Shown here: positions 8,972 through 15,794 of the stretch, piece by piece
Numbering within the stretch: position 1 is the first letter of the stretch
Layout of the letters: each line of letters opens with the position of its first letter
Virus record (IMG/VR): IMGVR_UViG_3300023237_000001
DNA: 20,000 nt
Strand: one strand, 5' to 3'
Origin: an uncultured virus (IMG/VR IMGVR_UViG_3300023237_000001)
Taxonomy: Duplodnaviria > Heunggongvirae > Uroviricota > Caudoviricetes
The notes under the pieces: model-generated
What the model was told of the DNA's origin: nothing
Database searches by the model: none
The model's input: only the letters and a program-made list of their open reading frames with translations
Translations under genes and position numbers: made by a program

Positions 8972-10474
8972 TTATTGAGGTGCTATAACGATTTGTTTAA
9001 GTTTTCCTTTACGGATAAAATTGGTTATACATTTACCAATGATTGCATCATCATGGTAAGTATTTTCTTCATCTTCATCTCCAGATGATCTTCCTTCTTT
9101 ACCTAATGCCACAGCTTTATTTCTTTCGTTATAAATAAAGGTATAAGCTTCTTGTACAAAGAAAGGATCTTTAACTATAATTTCTTCATTCCTTATATCG
9201 GTTTCTAATTCATCTATAATAACCGGCCTATTTTTACTTGTGGTTAACCAACCGGGAATTTTTTGAATTTTACCTTTCTTTTTTCCCTTCTCTTTTACAA
9301 TCTGCTCCGAGTAGTAAAGGTTTTTATATCCGTTTGATTGAAGTTGTGAGGTTACTGCTAAACCTATATCATTAGCTTCGGGGCCTACTAGGGCATTATT
9401 ATATTTTTTTCCCCAGCTTGCAAGTAAGTCTGAAAGCTTATCCACAGGTATCTTACCTTTGAATACCGCAACCTCTTCGCCGAATTTATCCATTATTGTA
9501 AATGCGGAATAATCTCGTGACCTACCAGTTGATACATCTGAACCTATAGCATATAACATATTTTCTTTAGGTTTATTAAATACCAATAATTGACCATTTT
9601 CATGTTTACTTATTACTGGGTAGTCGGGTAATAAATCTTCAATTGCTTTAATATTTTCAAGGTCAAATACAGAATAACCAGATGTTAAGAAATCACCATC
9701 TATTTCTTGGGCTGTTCTTCTTGGGCCTAATGCTTGGGCCATAGCTATATACCAGGCATCATCCCTTTCGGGGTGCATCTGCCATCTTAATCTTATGGGG
9801 TAAAACCCTGAACCCCCGGCACAAGCATCTACCCATTCTTTATGAAAGAAATTACCAATTCCGTAAGGGGTGGAATTTAATATTGCGGAACCCCCTGTTG
9901 ATAAAGTAGGGAATGCTGCAGCCCAAATTTGGTTAGCCCATCTTACTATAGCCGCTTCATCAATTACTAAAAGTGATACAGCCTCTGATCTACCAGCATC
10001 TTCTGTTGTTGGTATAGATGTAATTGATGAACCATTAGAAAATATCATTTCTTCGGCAGTTCCAAACTCCCCTGTTCTACCATTAACTATCTTTACCATT
10101 AAATGCTCCGGTAAATTCTTATACATATATTTAATCTTACGTAAAACCTTTTTAGCAACCCTATCTTTAATTGAAATTATTTGTATGTTTTTATTGGGGT
10201 GCATCATGGCCAACCATAAAGAATACATGGCAATTAATTCTGTAAGGCCAGCTTGTCTAAATTTTAATACAATATTAAATCGGTTTTTTAAGAAAGCATA
10301 TAATACCTTCTTTTGGTAATCATAAAGTTTAAATTGAGTTTTCCCGAGTATTGGGTGAATTACATAAATAAAGGAAGAGAAAAAGAAAGGATCCTTACTC
10401 GCTTGTAATAATTCATTGAATTGCCTTGTGGTTAAAGCCTTCTTAATTATGTTTTTTAAATTGTCTCTTGCCAT
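8972..10474 (-). CDS. terL: Terminase large subunit (Terminase_6 / T4 gp17-like ATPase-nuclease)
   Basis: Adenine-binding LYDYQK, Walker A variant KFRQAGLT, Walker B LLVIDEAA, coupling motif STPYG, and RNase H-like nuclease motifs IGSDVSTGRSRDYS and HDDAII. Confidence 0.95.
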   Translation of the reverse strand: MARDNLKNIIKKALTTRQFNELLQASKDPFFFSSFIYVIHPILGKTQFKLYDYQKKVLYAFLKNRFNIVLKFRQAGLTELIAMYSLWLAMMHPNKNIQIISIKDRVAKKVLRKIKYMYKNLPEHLMVKIVNGRTGEFGTAEEMIFSNGSSITSIPTTEDAGRSEAVSLLVIDEAAIVRWANQIWAAAFPTLSTGGSAILNSTPYGIGNFFHKEWVDACAGGSGFYPIRLRWQMHPERDDAWYIAMAQALGPRRTAQEIDGDFLTSGYSVFDLENIKAIEDLLPDYPVISKHENGQLLVFNKPKENMLYAIGSDVSTGRSRDYSAFTIMDKFGEEVAVFKGKIPVDKLSDLLASWGKKYNNALVGPEANDIGLAVTSQLQSNGYKNLYYSEQIVKEKGKKKGKIQKIPGWLTTSKNRPVIIDELETDIRNEEIIVKDPFFVQEAYTFIYNERNKAVALGKEGRSSGDEDEENTYHDDAIIGKCITNFIRKGKLKQIVIAPQ

Positions 10475-11160
10475 TATTTAATCCTTAAAGCTGCTCCTAT
10501 GGTTAAAAATAGATCGGGGTTGGATTTAACTGTTACTATGGAGTTAGCCTCAACCAAAATTGTTTTATAATTTACCTGATACCTTAACCCAATGTAGGGA
10601 TTTTTATTAAGTATGGAATAACCAGCGGTACCATAGAGTTCGCTTATTAAATTTGGATCAGGATTTTTGGCTTTATCATATATTAAACTATCCCCGGTAT
10701 GGGTGTAGTCATACTTATTTAAAAATAAAGGGTATTTACTTGTTTCTATACCCCCAGATATATTCAAAAGGGTTAATTCTAGCTCGTTTTGGGTAAGTCC
10801 TAGAGTAATTAACTTTGGTTTATTAGGGAAATTAACCAGATAGTTTTTTGCAATTTCTAGAGAATCTTTAAGTTCATCCACTAAAAGAAGGATTGAATCA
10901 GGGGTAATTTCTATCCGGGTTGGTATATACTCTGGTAAGTATTTTATAACCTGACTGGGTGGGGCGTATTGACCTTCCCTAATAATTTTTTCCATCTTAA
11001 CCAGAAAGTCGGGTGAAAATTCTTTGGGAAGGTAAATGGTATCTGTGGTATTGCTATGGTCTTTTACCTTTACTTCCTTAATTCTTGGGTTATTATAAAA
11101 CCAATATAATAAGATGATGATAAGGATAAACTGTATTAGCATTATTACCTTTAATTTCAT
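10474..11160 (-). CDS. N-terminally membrane-anchored protein, candidate spanin-like lysis accessory
   Basis: N-terminal hydrophobic helix VIMLIQFILIIILLYWFY, a TTDTIY motif, and C-terminal alternating beta-strands (LYGTAGYS, PYIGLRYQV, LFLTIGAALRI). Adjacent to the endolysin. The function is inferred. Confidence 0.55.
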   Translation of the reverse strand: MKLKVIMLIQFILIIILLYWFYNNPRIKEVKVKDHSNTTDTIYLPKEFSPDFLVKMEKIIREGQYAPPSQVIKYLPEYIPTRIEITPDSILLLVDELKDSLEIAKNYLVNFPNKPKLITLGLTQNELELTLLNISGGIETSKYPLFLNKYDYTHTGDSLIYDKAKNPDPNLISELYGTAGYSILNKNPYIGLRYQVNYKTILVEANSIVTVKSNPDLFLTIGAALRIK

Positions 11161-11191
11161 GGATTCAGTATTAGGGTTATTAGGATTAATG

Positions 11192-11318
11192 AAACCCTTA
11201 TGCGTGTGTGCGTAAAGGTTTAAGGGTAAAGGTTATAATAGGTTAGAATAATATATTATAATAAGAATACCCCCCTTAAAGGGGGTATATATTATGATGT
11301 ATTATTATTAAACCCTTA
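11192..11318. other. Intergenic structured element with two long hairpins
   Basis: Hairpin 1: AAACCCTTATGCG (11192-11204) / TGCGTAAAGGTTT (11209-11221). Hairpin 2: AATAATATATTATAAT (11247-11262) + ATACCCCC (11267-11274) / GGGGGTAT (11281-11288) + ATTATGATGTATTATT (11291-11306). Confidence 0.7.
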
Positions 11319-11374
11319 TATAGCCAAATACCAATATAGAGTTCTGTGTTGTTGTGTGCGTGTATACGAGGGAT

Positions 11375-12052
11375 TTATCTCCTATGTTTTTCTTTAGGGT
11401 TAGAATGGTTAACCGTTCTTTTTTTAACAGGCTTTATAAAATGATTATTCAAGGCCTTTATAAAATCAGGTTGAGGGAATATATCATCTTTATCCTTTCT
11501 AACTTTTGAATGAGCATAAATACCTGGCTTTCTATAATCAATTACAGATTGATCAAAATCAAATATCTTATCAAAATTATCCGGTAGAGTTATTCCTGGA
11601 AATCTAATTAATAATTCTTCTGTTAATTTAACCACAGCTATTATCTGGGCCTTAGTTATTTTTTGGTAATATCGGTTACCTCTAAATAATTTTTTCAACT
11701 TACATACTTCAACCTCAGGTACTATTTGTTTATAGGCATCATAAAACTTATTTCCTTTTTTGGTTAACCTACCCATAGAAACAACCTCAATTCCAACCCC
11801 ATGCCTTTCATGGAAATTATCATCTCCTTTAATTCCTAAATGATAAGCAAAGGCTTCAGGATTAAAACATTCTACCACTTGTCCTTTTCTACCCACTAAA
11901 TAAGCGGTACCGACTCTAGTCTTAGTTTGATTCCACCAATTCCATGAAGATAACCAGGAAGATGATACTGTATGATGATACCATAAAGAAAATTTATTTC
12001 GAGTAGCCGGTAAATACTGACCCTTATCCAGGTATTTTTTAATTATTTTCAT
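11375..12052 (-). CDS. Endolysin, N-acetylmuramoyl-L-alanine amidase (Amidase_2 / PGRP fold)
   Basis: Zn-amidase motifs YHHT, AYLVGRKG, AYHLG, GIEV and AHSKVRKDKDDIFP. Confidence 0.88.
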   Translation of the reverse strand: MKIIKKYLDKGQYLPATRNKFSLWYHHTVSSSWLSSWNWWNQTKTRVGTAYLVGRKGQVVECFNPEAFAYHLGIKGDDNFHERHGVGIEVVSMGRLTKKGNKFYDAYKQIVPEVEVCKLKKLFRGNRYYQKITKAQIIAVVKLTEELLIRFPGITLPDNFDKIFDFDQSVIDYRKPGIYAHSKVRKDKDDIFPQPDFIKALNNHFIKPVKKRTVNHSNPKEKHRR

Positions 12053-13055
12053 ATTCCTTTATTTTGTTTTTAAACCATAATCCAATCTCGTAAGGCGGGC
12101 ATTTAGTTACTGTTACTCTTGCTTTATTTAACCAGTAATTCCATTGTTCATCATCATAATGTAATTTAAACTTTTCGGGTATACCCTGTATAGTGGCTAA
12201 TTGCCTTGGTGATAATGCATTACCTTTATGATCAAATTGTCGGGTTTCCTTACGGGCGGTCATTGGTGGTTCATCCCTCATATTACGATATACCCCCGGT
12301 AAATTTTTCATTTTAGTACCCGGCATTGCCCAGCGTTTTTCACCCTTATACTGTTTATTCCAAACCTTTTTTGTTTGTTTTAAGGTTAATTGTTTACCAT
12401 CAATATACATAGGTACCAATTTATCGGGGTCTTCTCTATAATTATTATCAAATGCCAAAGCCGCTTCAATCATTAATTCCCCCGCAGTGGTAGGCCTGGT
12501 TACTAAAGGTACAAACTTAAAAATTTTATCTGCTTTTTTACCTTGATCTTTTCTTATACCAATTAATACCAACCTAATTCTGTTTACCTGTGAATTACCG
12601 AATTCTTTAACAGAACCTTCTATAGTTTTAAACCTATATTCAGAAGATAATAATTCAATCATTTGAGTATAGGTATTTGTTTCTTTAAACTTAATTAGGT
12701 TTTCCATTAAAAACACTTTAGGTTTAAAATGTTGAACAGATGATATATATTGAGCTATTGAAACATTATCTTTGGGATCATGGGTCTTTTTTGCCCGGGA
12801 ATAAGATAATATTGAACTATGCCCACAATCGGGTGCGCCTATTATATAATCTATGCTACTGGGCATATCCATAGCTTCTTTGTAGTTATTTAAAGTCTTA
12901 TAATAGGGGATATTATAAAAATTGGTAAACCATTGTTCTAAATGCTTAGTATGGAATGCCACCCGCGGTTCAATATTCCCAATAACATATTTCTTTTTAA
13001 AGGGGTGTAATAAAACTCCATTACCAGCACAAACCCCTAGGACGGTATACTTCAT
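12039..13055 (-). CDS. Divergent C5-cytosine DNA methyltransferase-fold protein
   Basis: Motifs occur in canonical order: I VCAGNG, II NIE, IV GAPDC (C77), VI FLMENL, VIII QVNRIRLVLIG, IX LSPRQLATIQGIP, X VTKCPP. The gene overlaps the endolysin start by 14 nt. Confidence 0.85.
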   Translation of the reverse strand: MKYTVLGVCAGNGVLLHPFKKKYVIGNIEPRVAFHTKHLEQWFTNFYNIPYYKTLNNYKEAMDMPSSIDYIIGAPDCGHSSILSYSRAKKTHDPKDNVSIAQYISSVQHFKPKVFLMENLIKFKETNTYTQMIELLSSEYRFKTIEGSVKEFGNSQVNRIRLVLIGIRKDQGKKADKIFKFVPLVTRPTTAGELMIEAALAFDNNYREDPDKLVPMYIDGKQLTLKQTKKVWNKQYKGEKRWAMPGTKMKNLPGVYRNMRDEPPMTARKETRQFDHKGNALSPRQLATIQGIPEKFKLHYDDEQWNYWLNKARVTVTKCPPYEIGLWFKNKIKEYENN

Positions 13056-13082
13056 ATACTATTTATTTTTAAATTTTTTATC

Positions 13083-13469
13083 ATGGATAAGACAGAATTA
13101 TTAAAGAACCAAGCTAAAGCTATTATTGGCCGAGATCAAGTTAACCTTATTGTGTTTAGGTATAATTTAGAAAGGTTAATAAAAAACCTGGATATTTTTA
13201 AAACCTCTAAAATTAAAAAGGGGCCATTAAAAATTGCAGCTGATTCATTACATGGCCAAATATCCAGGCAAGTGGTGGATATTAAGAACAACCTTAATAA
13301 AGATACTTTAGGTACCTTTAAATATATAACCGCTAATCAAGAGCTTTTTACGGAATGTTTTGATAATATTTATCAATGTACCTCTGCCAAGGAATTAGTG
13401 GATATTAACCGAGTATTAAAAGCCTTACTTAATGGTCAAACAATCCATATTCAGGAAAAAGAAGACTAG
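13083..13469 (+). CDS. Hypothetical helical protein
   Basis: 128 aa ORF divergent from the MTase, followed by a terminator-like hairpin. No recognised motif. Confidence 0.7.
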   Translation: MDKTELLKNQAKAIIGRDQVNLIVFRYNLERLIKNLDIFKTSKIKKGPLKIAADSLHGQISRQVVDIKNNLNKDTLGTFKYITANQELFTECFDNIYQCTSAKELVDINRVLKALLNGQTIHIQEKED

Positions 13470-13523
13470 CATACTATTATTAACTATATCCTGATAATGA
13501 TATAGTAGGTTTTTTTAAATTAT

Positions 13524-13560
13524 ACAATTGGGAGGAAGAGATTCCTCCTAAGTTGTTTTA
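13524..13560 (+). terminator. Putative intrinsic terminator with a GNRA loop
   Basis: ACAA-TTGGGAGGAA-GAGA-TTCCTCCTAA-G-TTGT-TTTA, downstream of the 13083-13469 ORF. Confidence 0.7.
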
Positions 13561-13597
13561 AATGATCTTGCAGCACCTTACTTAAAATTAATAAATT

Positions 13598-13813
13598 ATG
13601 AAAGAATATTTCAAATGGTTAATAACCAACACCAAAATTAAAAAAGCTACCTTTAGGCTTTTTTGGTTCTTTATGTATCTTACCTTTCTTTTTCTTATTA
13701 TACGAGAGGCAATTAGAGATACACCAAAGGCCTTATTTTTACTCCCCTTTATAGGGGCCATGATGTATTATCAATGGAGGCATTTTAAAACAGAAAAAAA
13801 TAAAAACAAATAA
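13598..13813 (+). CDS. Small membrane protein (2 predicted TM helices)
   Basis: Hydrophobic segments LFWFFMYLTFLFLII and ALFLLPFIGAMMYY, with basic termini and an A-rich leader. Confidence 0.7.
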   Translation: MKEYFKWLITNTKIKKATFRLFWFFMYLTFLFLIIREAIRDTPKALFLLPFIGAMMYYQWRHFKTEKNKNK

Positions 13814-13815
13814 AA

Positions 13816-14367
13816 ATGAGAAACAGAACAAATTTATTAGCCCCTTTGGTTGTTATGATAACAGCCTTACTTATTAATATGCTTCCCCTGGATTGGATGA
13901 AAGGAGTAGCTTTTATGTTAGGTTGTTTAGCCTACATTATTTATATTCTTTCTTTACCCAAAGAAGATGATTCTATACCCCACTTTGATTTAAAAGCAAA
14001 GGATAGGTTTAAAAAAATATATAAGACCACGGTTAAACGTTGGGCCTTTGAAAAATTTATCTTTGATTATATCTTTAGTTTAGGTAGGTCAATATCTTAT
14101 TCACCAAAAGATAGAATTGGGTATTTATATAAAAAGGTAATCTTTTTTACGGTTATTATTATGGCTTTAGGATTTTTATTCTTTTTTATAACCGCAGTAT
14201 GGGTAAGTATTTTGTTAACCATCATAGGAGGTATATGTTGGTTACTAATATTTCTTTATATGGTGGGTAGAATTAGAAATACCATACAACTTGCAACCTT
14301 AGCCAAGGAATTGGAATTAACTTTAAGTACTGTAATGTATTATGCCGAAAAGTTAAATTTGCAATAA
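13816..14367 (+). CDS. Membrane protein (about 4 predicted TM helices)
   Basis: Two pairs of hydrophobic helices flank a basic soluble loop. The ORF starts 2 nt after the previous stop. Confidence 0.7.
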   Translation: MRNRTNLLAPLVVMITALLINMLPLDWMKGVAFMLGCLAYIIYILSLPKEDDSIPHFDLKAKDRFKKIYKTTVKRWAFEKFIFDYIFSLGRSISYSPKDRIGYLYKKVIFFTVIIMALGFLFFFITAVWVSILLTIIGGICWLLIFLYMVGRIRNTIQLATLAKELELTLSTVMYYAEKLNLQ

Positions 14368-14429
14368 TCTCAACACTTCACAATGTTATATAGGTACGAA
14401 TAAATACCTGCTTTTGTGGAACAATGGGT

Positions 14430-14465
14430 AAGAAGGGGTCAGTCAGTAGGCCCCTTTTTATTTGT
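14430..14465 (+). terminator. Putative (possibly bidirectional) intrinsic terminator between convergent genes
   Basis: AAGAAGGGGTC-AGTCAGTA-GGCCCCTTTTTATTTG, located between the convergent stops at 14367 (+) and 14521 (-). Confidence 0.75.
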
Positions 14466-14520
14466 GTTATCCTAGAATACTCCATTATCAAGTTATATAT
14501 ATTCCCCTCTAATTAGCTTA

Positions 14521-14742
14521 TTATTTGCTAGATTCATCTATATTATTGCAAATTTGAGCGATTATCTCTTTATCTGTTAATTGCAATTTTAGTGTAGTTA
14601 TAGATTCATCCAATTCCTTTAAATATCCATCTTCAAGTGCCCGAACTGTTCTGGCAATCCTTTCCTCACTTAATTCATTCGAGGATTTAGTATTAAAGAT
14701 ACTAACAATTATTTTTTTATTAATCACTTCAGACCATTTCAT
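14521..14742 (-). CDS. Hypothetical protein
   Basis: 73 aa ORF with an A-rich leader (GTAAAACAAAAGAAAGATG), bracketed by hairpins. Confidence 0.6.
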   Translation of the reverse strand: MKWSEVINKKIIVSIFNTKSSNELSEERIARTVRALEDGYLKELDESITTLKLQLTDKEIIAQICNNIDESSK

Positions 14743-14756
14743 CTTTCTTTGTTTTA

Positions 14757-14790
14757 CACAAATATAGGGGTATTGCTAGTACCCCTATAT
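14757..14790 (-). terminator. Hairpin / terminator after the thymidylate synthase-like gene
   Basis: Perfect 11-bp inverted repeat ATATAGGGGTA (14762-14772) / TACCCCTATAT (14780-14790), followed on the minus strand by TTGTG. The U-tail is weak. Confidence 0.65.
14759..14766 (-). promoter_or_regulatory. Candidate Bacteroidota housekeeping -7 promoter element TATATTTG
   Basis: Matches the TAnnTTTG consensus, 16 nt upstream of the ATG at 14742. No clear -33 TTTG element is seen. Confidence 0.4.
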
Positions 14791-14804
14791 AACAGTTGGT
14801 TAGG

Positions 14805-15590
14805 TTAGGTATTATGTTGTTTAAGCATACCCCTTTCATTGTAAAATACATGTAGTGATGTTATATGCATATATAATTTACCAGGAGGTATGCCAGTGGT
14901 TTGACCTACATACTGGGTTAATCGTGATGCTAGGTAAACATCATCTCTAAAATGCCTTAAGTAATCGCATGACCTAATATAATAATGGCAATCTAATTTT
15001 CCTCTTACATTATAAAAATGGTAACCCAAAGTACAAGGCACCCTTTCATTCATAACATTACCCGTATCTTCTGGAAACCATATAGGTAAATATGCTTGCC
15101 GAGTAGTTGGGTCATTCCTTAATAATTCTATTATATCACCAAGATCACCAAGATTATATCTTATACCCTTATTTATGGAAATATTCAATCCTATTTTTAG
15201 CATTTGTAATGATAAATGTTTATCATCAAACCTACCGGCAAGCTTAGGCCAAATTCTTTCCATATAAGAATGAGAGAATTGATTATTGGTATTTCTAAAT
15301 TTATCGTCTTCTGGTTTACGTTGGTAAAACCTCCAATTTTTATATTCATTACCTGGGTTTAAAGGTAAACCGCCAATTCTTTCTTCGAAATGATTTTCTG
15401 CCCAAGGTAATTGGGGTTTTAGTAAGTGTAATTCATCAACGGTTTCGGGAATTGGAAATTCGAATAACACTGGAGATAATTCAAATGTATCATCTGGGCT
15501 TTGTATTGATTGCCATGTTTTTTGTTTTACTTTAATACCATGTTTTACAAATGTGTTTTTCAAATTTGCTATGTTACCTTCTCTATACAT
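14805..15590 (-). CDS. Thymidylate synthase-superfamily enzyme, probably dCMP-specific (hydroxymethylase/methylase-like)
   Basis: DPTTRQ, catalytic VPC (C186), RSCD (206-209), Asp217 at the E. coli ThyA Asn177 position, and SLHVF. The N-terminus (HFEERIGGLPLNPG) is unlike canonical ThyA. Confidence 0.85.
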   Translation of the reverse strand: MYREGNIANLKNTFVKHGIKVKQKTWQSIQSPDDTFELSPVLFEFPIPETVDELHLLKPQLPWAENHFEERIGGLPLNPGNEYKNWRFYQRKPEDDKFRNTNNQFSHSYMERIWPKLAGRFDDKHLSLQMLKIGLNISINKGIRYNLGDLGDIIELLRNDPTTRQAYLPIWFPEDTGNVMNERVPCTLGYHFYNVRGKLDCHYYIRSCDYLRHFRDDVYLASRLTQYVGQTTGIPPGKLYMHITSLHVFYNERGMLKQHNT

Positions 15591-15613
15591 TTTAAGGGGT
15601 TTATCTATATGTA

Positions 15614-15793
15614 TTAATAGTTATTAAGCTTGTGTAAGGTATGATATAATTGTCTGTTTAATCTATTAAGAACTTTACCTCCAAAACACCAGTTTTTAGG
15701 TTGTAATTTGCTCTCTTCTAGTTTAATAAGAATAAGAAGTTTATTATATCTAAGCAAATCTTCTTGGGAATTACTATGATTTTCTTTAGGCAT
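15614..15793 (-). CDS. Small hypothetical protein (59 aa), below the ORF-track cutoff
   Basis: Hand translation MPKENHSNSQEDLLRYNKLLILIKLEESKLQPKNWCFGGKVLNRLNRQLYHTLHKLNNY*. The ATG lies 1 nt after the stop of 15795-16049, and the ORF fills the gap. Confidence 0.6.
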   Translation of the reverse strand: MPKENHSNSQEDLLRYNKLLILIKLEESKLQPKNWCFGGKVLNRLNRQLYHTLHKLNNY

Positions 15794-15794
15794 A

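Noticed and set aside
10230..10275. TerL Walker A lacking GKT (KFRQAGLT) as a sign of inactivation
   Set aside because: KxRQxGxT/S variants with the Lys shifted upstream are common in functional terminases, and all other motifs are intact.
9870..10319. 149-aa plus-strand ORF, and similar ORFs at 8-193, 1320-1514, 4703-4978, 6583-6780, 6880-7143, 12922-13104, 16710-16949 and 18813-19049
   Set aside because: All are antisense shadows of well-supported minus-strand genes.
13488..13497. ATCCTGATAA shared with 19646-19655
   Set aside because: The same 10-mer also occurs inside the portal coding sequence, and there is no consistent positional context.
14805..15590. Calling the gene thyA
   Set aside because: Asp at the Asn177 position and a divergent N-terminus argue against canonical dUMP methylation, so the symbol is withheld.
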